The notes beneath the pieces were generated by a model. The model did no database searches, had not been told where the DNA came from, and saw only the letters and a list, made by a program, of their open reading frames with translations. A DNA stretch of 64,000 nucleotides. Origin: Felis catus (taxonomy: Eukaryota). The DNA is taken from NCBI RefSeq assembly GCF_018350175.1, contig NC_058368.1:32428001-32492000 (forward strand), in the 5' to 3' direction. The position numbers and the translations under genes are program-made. This document shows positions 56,356 through 64,000 of this stretch, piece after piece (the stretch's first letter is position 1; each line of letters opens with the position of its first letter).

Positions 56356-56503
56356 GGGGTACGTGGGTGTCTCCGACAGTTAAGCCTCTTCTGCTCAAGT
56401 CATGATCTCATGGCTGGTTCTGGAGTCTGCTTCAGATTCTGTATCTCCCTTTTCCCTGCCCCCCTCACTCTCACAAAAATAAATAAACATTAAAAAAAAA
56501 GAA
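56356..56503 (+). mobile_element. Internally deleted Can-SINE
   Basis: Degenerate head and aataaataaacattaaaa tail; TSD gttttaattctt / gttctaattctt. Confidence 0.8.
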
Positions 56504-56569
56504 GTTCTAATTCTTATATTTGAGAAAATCAATAAGAATTATTTTTGTCAAAATGTTTTCTTATGAAAC

Positions 56570-56800
56570 ACATGTATGCAGGGGAGAAAGAGAGAGAGGC
56601 AAACCATAAAACAGACTCTTCACTAAAGGTTGCTGGAGAGGAAGGAGGTGGGCAGGGGAATGGGCCAAATGGGTGATGGTCACTGCGTGTTACATGTAAG
56701 TGATGAATCACTAAATTCTACTCCTGAAACTAATATTACACTAAGTGTTGACTAACTGGAATTTAAATACAAATTTGAAATAAAATAACATATAAAATAA
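56570..56800 (+). mobile_element. Carnivore L1 3'UTR fragment
   Basis: ggcaaaccataaaacagactctt...gatgaatcactaaattctactcctgaaact, similar to 4130-4340. Confidence 0.85.
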
Positions 56801-57375
56801 AATGCTTTCTTTAAAATTGCTTTCTGCAAAAAAAAAAAAACACAAAAAAATTGCTTTCTGCAGGAAAGGAAGAGTTTTGGAAACATTGCAGGAAATGTCT
56901 GACTTCCTTTTTAATGCACATATATAGATAACTTTAAAGGAATCACATATAAAAGTTTTTTTTATAAACATTGTCAAACATTAAAGGATTTGATTCATTA
57001 AAAGTAGAATCAATGTGAGAATATGATACATTTAACCTGCTCTGTCTCACATTACATAAGGAAAACTTTTGGTTACACTTATTTTAACAGATTGTGACAA
57101 ATTTTGCCAGAGTAGTATATGTAAAGACAAAAGAAGCAGGAGTTGGAAGAGGAAGTTTAGGTTTGACTTTCCATTTAGTCTGAGTGTGTTCTTATAGATT
57201 ACATTTACTGTATCAGAGGATTTGTTTTCTGTTTCATAAAAGGAGGATTATGCAAGCTGTTTCCACTAGTTCATAGGGATACCAAAAAAGATAAAATAAT
57301 TAATGCATGCTAAAATGTTTTGCAAGTTGAGAATTAATGGAAACATAAGGTAGTATTGTTTCTAATACACTATAT

Positions 57376-57406
<31 letters not shown>

Positions 57407-58189
57407 CAAGTAGATTCTAGCTTACTCCTAAACATAAAACTTATTTCTCGTGCCTTCATATGGTAAAGTTTTCTGAATTTATTCCCTTTGATGTTGGAGT
57501 ACCCTGGTACCAGGAATCCACTAAGAATGGAGAGGTACAGTGATATAAACGTGTTGATCCTTCTCAGTTTTCTACAACGAATGAAAAAGCAGAATTTTAT
57601 CCTGACTCCCATTATGTTTAAGCCCCTTGGGTTTAATGTTATCATCAGTCTTCTTTGCTTTTACAAACCAGCTGGACACAATGATTAGAATGACTTTTAA
57701 ATCAGCTCTAGCCTTAAGAAAAATTTTAAACTGCTACTATAGAGCACAATACTAGGTACCAAACAGGACAGAACAGTATTCCTATGGTGAAGAATTACAA
57801 AGTATATTAAAACACCATAGAAAGATTATAATTTTAAAATATAAATGTGGAAAATTGGGCCTTTTGAATATTATTGTAAATAAACTGCTTAATAGCAATA
57901 ATCATTTCTGCTAGAAGTAAAATAAATGCTAAGGCACATTTCATTACTTGCATTCACTCATTCAAACAAATTTATTGATCACATACATTAGATTTATGAA
58001 CTACTAAATCAATTATTCTATACACCTTTCCCTCTTGTTCACTGAAGGCAATCAGAAGTCATACTAACAATGAGGCAAAGGATCTGATGGAAATATGTTT
58101 AATACAATGTAGGAGAAAGAGGAGAAACTTCAACATAAAGGCCCAAAGTCTTAATAAACTAGGAGGTTATTAAGTTTCAGTAAAAAAGC

Positions 58190-60030
58190 AGTATGACATA
58201 CATGCAAAAAACAACAGAGCCCCAAAACGTATGGAGCACACATAGATAGAATTGAAGGGAGAACTAGATAGTTCTACAATAATAGTTGGAAAACTCCATA
58301 CATAATTTTTAGTAATGGATATAACATCTAGACAGAAGATTGATAAGGAAATTAAGGGCTTGGACGATATTAAAGATGACCGGACCTAACAAACATATAT
58401 AAAACCCTCCAGCCAACAGTAGCAAAGTACTCATATTTTTCAATATACAAAATGTTCTCCAGGAGAGACCATGTTAAGTCAAAATACAAATCTGAATAAA
58501 TTTAAAAATATTTAAATTATACAAAGTGTTTTCAAAGACCATTAAAGAGGAAATCTAGAAATCAATAAACAAATATGTAGAAATTAAACAACATATTATT
58601 AAACAATGAATAAGACAAAGAAGAAACGACAAAAGAAGTCAGAAATTAATGAAAATGAAAACACAGCATACCAAAACTTAAGGGATATGGTGAAGACAAT
58701 ATACACTGGGGAATTTAGAGCTGTCAATATCTACATTAAAAAAAGAAAACTATCAAATCAGTAATCTAATTTTATGCTTTGTGGAACTAGAAAACAAAAA
58801 ACTCGCAAAATCAAAAACCAGATGATAAAAGGGTAACAAAAATTATAGAGAAATGGAACACAAAATAGAAATAAAATTGAGAAAATCAATAAAACCAAAA
58901 ATTGGTTCTTCAAGAAGATCGAAAGAATTGACAAACCTTTAGCTAATCTGACAAAGAAAAAAAGATGGAAATAACTAAAATCAGAAATAAAAGAAGGGTT
59001 ATTACTATTAAACCATTACTACTCTTAGTATTAAAAATAAAAAAAATATTATAAGAAAATTCTACAGTCATATATTGACAAATTAAATAACCTAGATTAA
59101 TTGGATAAATGTCTAGAGACACAAACTCAATAATAAATAGAAAATCTCAGCACCTTATAACAAATAATCAAGTTGAATAGGTAACCAAATACATCAAATC
59201 AAATAAAAGTCCAGGAACAAATGCTACCACAAATTTAAAGATGAATTAACAACATCCTTCTCAAACTCTTCAAAAATGAAAAGGATGGAGCTTTTCCTAA
59301 CTCATTCTATGAGGTCAACATTATTCTGATATCAAGACATAAAGAAATCACAAGAGGGGCACCTGGGTGGCTCAGCTGGTTGAGTGTCTGACTTCAGCTC
59401 AAGTCATGATCTCATAGTTCGCGAGTTTGAGCCCCATGTCAGGCTCTGTGCTGACAGCTCGGAGCCTGGAGCCTGGAGCCTGCTTCAGATTCTGTGTCTC
59501 CATCTGTCTCTGCCCTCCCCTGCTCGTGCTCTTCTCCCTCTCAAAAATAAGTAAACATTAAAAAAGAAAAGAAATGACAAGAAAAGAAAATTATAGACTA
59601 CTAAACTTTTTGAATATAAGATGAAAAAATTCTCAACAATATATGGCAAAACAAATTCGATAGCATATTTTTAAAAAATTATACATTATGACAAAGTGCA
59701 ATTTATTTTAGGAATGCAAGGGTAGTTCAACATTAGAATAAAATCAATATAATCTCTGTTTACAAATGGTAAAATTCCATGCATACAATATCTGAAGATT
59801 CCACAAGAAAGATACTCGAGTTAATAAAAAAAGACTAACCTCAGTAGCAAAGTAAGATAAAAATCAATTGTTTGAATGGGACCATAATAACTAAATATGA
59901 AAAATATATTAAGTAAACAATTCCATTTACAACTGGACTCAGAGGGACAAAATAACTAGTGTTAAATTTAACAAAGGAGGTATAAGACTGGTATAAGGAA
60001 AACTTAATAAAAAAACACTGTGGAAAGATT
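58190..60030 (+). mobile_element. Ancient L1M ORF2 remnants (endonuclease to RT region)
   Basis: gaattgaagggagaactagatagttctacaataatagttgga; ttggttcttcaagaagatc; aactcattctatgaggtcaaca; ggaatgcaagggtagttcaacatt. Confidence 0.85.
59356..59567 (+). mobile_element. Can-SINE inside the L1
   Basis: TSD aaagaaatcacaaga (59341-59355) / aaagaaatgacaaga (59568-59582). Confidence 0.94.
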
Positions 60031-60137
60031 TTTAAGAATAAGGGAGTGACATAAGCAAGATGACAGAATAAGAGCTTGTAGCTTTCAACCTCACAGAAAA
60101 ACAATTTTAACAAATATCTCTAGGTGAGAATGCATTT

Positions 60138-60346
60138 TTAAATAAATGTAAAAAAAAATGTTTATTTATTTCTGAGAGACAGAGTGCAAGCAGGGGAGGG
60201 ACAGAGAGAGAGAGACAGAATCTGAAGCAGGCTCTGGGCTCTGAGTTGTCAACACAGAGCCTGATGCCAGGCTTGAACTTACCAACCGAGGGATCATGAT
60301 CTTAGCCAAGGTCGGGTGTTTAACCAACTAAGCCACCCAGGCACCC
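60138..60346 (-). mobile_element. Can-SINE
   Basis: Degenerate TSD tgagaatgcattt / tgagaataccttt. Confidence 0.9.
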
Positions 60347-60830
60347 TGAGAATACCTTTATAAGAGCCATTAAGTCCAGCTGAGAGGTTCCAATGAGGCA
60401 AATATGCTAATAGACATATTGAAAAGGATAAAAAGAACAGTTTTGCTTTACATGGGTCACTGTTCCTCCAAGGTGATACAGCTCACTGCCAGGAAAGACC
60501 TCATAGCCTGCAAGTTCTCAAACAGGATTACGTGAAAGCAGTGAGATCCCAGCTTCCTCAGCCTTGTGGGACCTGGCCTAAGAGGTCCATTCCTGTCTCA
60601 CCCATGCAGAACCCTGAGTAGATTGGCACAGGGGAATAGTCCGGAAACAGATAAGACCAGGGAAAAAGGGTGGAACTCAACAATTGGCTACCAATCCTAC
60701 CAACCGTTCATGGACTCCAAGGGTCCTGACCAAAATCCCAAAGAGCATCTCAACTTCGGAACCACTCAACTAGCTAATGAGCTCTCCCAACACTAGGCAA
60801 TAGTGAATTTGAGGCCTGGAACAATCCCAT

Positions 60831-61295
60831 TGTTATGGGTTGAATTGTGTCCTTTTCATATACTGAAGTACAAAATGCCAGTACCTCAGGATGTGACCTT
60901 ATTTGGAAATCAGGTGGTTGCAGATGTAATTAGTTAAGCTCAGATGAGGTTATACTAGAGTAGGGAGAGCTCCTGTTCCAAAATGACTAGTGACCTAATA
61001 AAAAGAGATTTTGTCACAGACACACATACAGGGAAAACACCACAGGAAGATGAAGATGAAGATTGGAGAGATGCTTCCATTGAGCCAAGAAATACCAGAG
61101 ACTGCCAGCAAAGCACCAGAAGCTGAAGGAGAGGCTCTGAACTGATTCTTCCTCATGGCTCTCAGAAGGATCCAACCCTCCTCATGTCTTGAGCTTTTGA
61201 ATTCCAACCTCCCAAACTATGAGACAATACATGTTCGTTGGTTAAACCACCTAGTTTGAGGTACTTTGTTACAGAAGCCCTGGCAAGCTAATACA
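60831..61295 (+). mobile_element. MaLR solo LTR (MLT1B/C-like)
   Basis: tgttatgggttgaattgtgtcc...atgtgaccttatttggaaat...gtactttgttacag...ctaataca. Confidence 0.88.
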
Positions 61296-61299
61296 ACTG

Positions 61300-61532
61300 T
61301 AAACTAATTAAACTTAATAGACGTATATAGTGCACCTCACCCAATTATAACAGAGCACACATTCTTCCCAAGTACCCAGAAACATTCTCCAGGATAGACC
61401 ATATGTAAGGCCACAAAACAATGCTCAATAGATCTTAAAAGCTAGAAGCTAGAAATCCATTAACAGAAGGAAAATTGAAAACTTCGTATGTGGAAATTAA
61501 GAAACAGACTCAATAATATTACTTAAGAGTGC

Positions 61533-61570
<38 letters not shown>

Positions 61571-61895
61571 AGCTTAGTTTATGCAAAAAAAAATTGACAA
61601 AACCTAACTTACTTTCCTGACCAAAAAAAAAAAAACAAACCAAAAACAGAAACAAAACAAAACAAAAAACAACAAAACAGTTCAGAGAACCAGAAAGAGA
61701 AGGGAAATCCTCAACATGATTAAATATGTTTATGTTGATAGTGCTGCTATAAACATGGGGGTGATGTTTATGAAAAATCCAACATAACATTGTGAGTTGT
61801 GAATTGAATGAAATTGTAAATCTGTAAATTATACTGAATGGTCACTTTAAAAAGGTTGCTTTTATGTTATGTGAATTTCATCTCAGTTTTAGAAA
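61300..61895 (+). mobile_element. L1M fragments with an embedded (CA)n at ~61536-61569
   Basis: acattctccaggatagaccatatgtaaggccacaaaaca; 3' end ttttatgttatgtgaatttcatctca. Confidence 0.7.
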
Positions 61896-64000
61896 AGAAC
61901 AGTATAAAAATCAGTATTTTTTGTTTATCCTGAAATTTCTGGAGTTAAGTGTTGCAGAAGTATAATATTAACCAAAACTTTCAAATATAGGATAGATGAT
62001 TGGTGATGAAATATACAAGACTTGGGACAAGGCTCGTCTTCATTTGTATCATTACTGAGAATCTACCTGTTTCCTGACAGCTTTTATTTGTTCTCTTCAT
62101 TTTCATAAGTGCACTGAGTATGAGTTCTTTAGAGCACTCATTCCCTTATATCATATATTTTTATTCTCTGGTCTATCATCTATCATTTTGTATATATATG
62201 AGAGAAAGGTCACATTTCCTCTATGGCTTATATAAATTGCACAATGTTATATCTTTGATAATCAGATACCGAACATATTGAGCAAGAAATCTTGCGTCTT
62301 AAAATAGCATATTAAATGCACAGATTTAGGGATTTTCTAGAGGAAACTTCTTATGAGCAGATAAGTGATGAATGATGAGATGCTCTAGACTTCTTGGAAA
62401 AATCTACTCAAATGGTTATTCTACAAGGACAGTCACCTATAGGTGAGTATCCTCCTAACTTTGTTTTCATTTTTCCTAATGATTCTATTTTATGTGTATA
62501 TCATGTTGTTGTCTTGATGGCTGATGGACAATTGGGATGAAAATGGGAAGACATTTTAATGATACAGTTTCAATGATACTAAGATTATAAAAGTGTCCTC
62601 CCCACACTCAGTATTACAGGAGATATAGATTTCTCCCATCATGATGGTACATAACAAATTATCAGTAGAATTTTCCAAGATGGTGTGATCCAAATTGGTC
62701 ATTGCTTTCTGTATGTTATCTGGGATGCCACATGTGAGATTAATTACCATAGAAACTTACATTCCACTCTACACTACAATATATATGATATACATACTAT
62801 ACCTATACAGGTAATTTGCATTTTTCTCCTTATATGTCAGAGCATTTAAAGTTTCAGATGATATCTTAGGAATAAATGTTATGAGACATTAAAAAATTAT
62901 TAAATTAAAATTTTTGTTCCTGCACACTTAAGCTGTTTTGGTAAACAAAAGCAGAATTTCATGAATGGTAACTTATGCAAATAAAGTACAAATGCCTGAA
63001 GTAATTGACTGGTTTCATATGAGTAAACATTTCACCCAACTAGTGAGGAGGTTTTTTTATACTATCTGAATTTTGCTTCTGGGGTTCCAAAGACATGCCA
63101 TTGAACAACCTGTATCCCTTCAACCTCAATATCATTAGAATAATGTATTCAAGAGTAATAAATCTCACATAATACCTGAACAAATAATAGGAGGAAGCAT
63201 ACATACATACTCATGCAAACGTACAGCTATCTATGCCTAGTACCATCATGATAGTCACAAGGGTATGTTTCCTTTCTGCTACTTAAGATTGACCCATTCA
63301 CCCTGCTCCCAACTTATACTCCTATCTTATAGTTATTATTTTCTGCTTTCAATGTTTAATTGCTCTATCTTTAGTGCTACTCCCCTAAGGATTATAATAG
63401 GTTCAAAAACTTTATAAAACTAATGACCTAATGAAACAAACACAAAACAATTTTTGACACTTTACCTCCCTTTAAGGTCCGTAGACACCATCTCTATTTC
63501 TTCTCCTCTCATTCAATTCTTGACCTATCAGTATCTAGATATGTATTCTTTTTATATGGAATTGTAATCTCTTATAAAGTTAGAACTGAGATGTGGAATG
63601 AACACATACACAAAATGGAAAGTTTCTGTAAGAAATCTATGCTAGCTATGATCCATCTATCTATCCACCTGCATACTTACAGTGACAGAGAGATCTGATC
63701 TTTTCCCTAGGTTGGCAGGGGTGGTAGAAAGAGAATAGTGTCTTTTCTAAAAATTAAGATAAGGCCCAAAGACAAATTACTGCTGGTGAGAATGCTAATG
63801 CTCAATCTTTTCCAAATTATCTATGTAGAAGAAAATATTTTTCAATCTATCACAAACCATTACTTTTTAAAAATATAATAAAAGGCAATATATAAAAATA
63901 AAATGAAGTAAAAGTCATATTGAATAAAAATTCATAATATTGTCAACAGAACCAAAATTATCATATTAAATTGTTAGCAAAACATCTAAATTCTTACTCT

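Noticed and set aside
62556..62750. 64-aa minus-strand ORF in non-repeat DNA
   Set aside because: No recognisable homology or convincing splice signals

Overview
AT-rich mammalian genomic DNA, almost certainly felid: it carries many carnivore tRNA-derived Can-SINEs of the cat type (SINEC_Fc-like) and young feline-type LINE-1 3' ends. I find no intact protein-coding gene. The only gene-derived sequence is an old, intronless, heavily disabled DDX3 (DDX3X-like) retrocopy on the minus strand (~18527-20927), with UTR remnants, a poly(A) remnant and a decayed target-site duplication (TSD). The rest is interspersed repeat (about 20 SINEs, young and ancient L1 fragments, MaLR/ERV LTRs, MER5A, MIR/L2) plus microsatellites. 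I see no convincing previously undescribed biological system. The most interesting signals are retrotransposition footprints: a twin-primed inverted L1, a SINE with an apparent 3' transduction, two SINEs sharing a triplicated target site, and an orphan poly(A) insertion. There are also two perfect microsatellite palindromes. Repeat subfamily names are from memory of consensus sequences and need RepeatMasker/Dfam confirmation.
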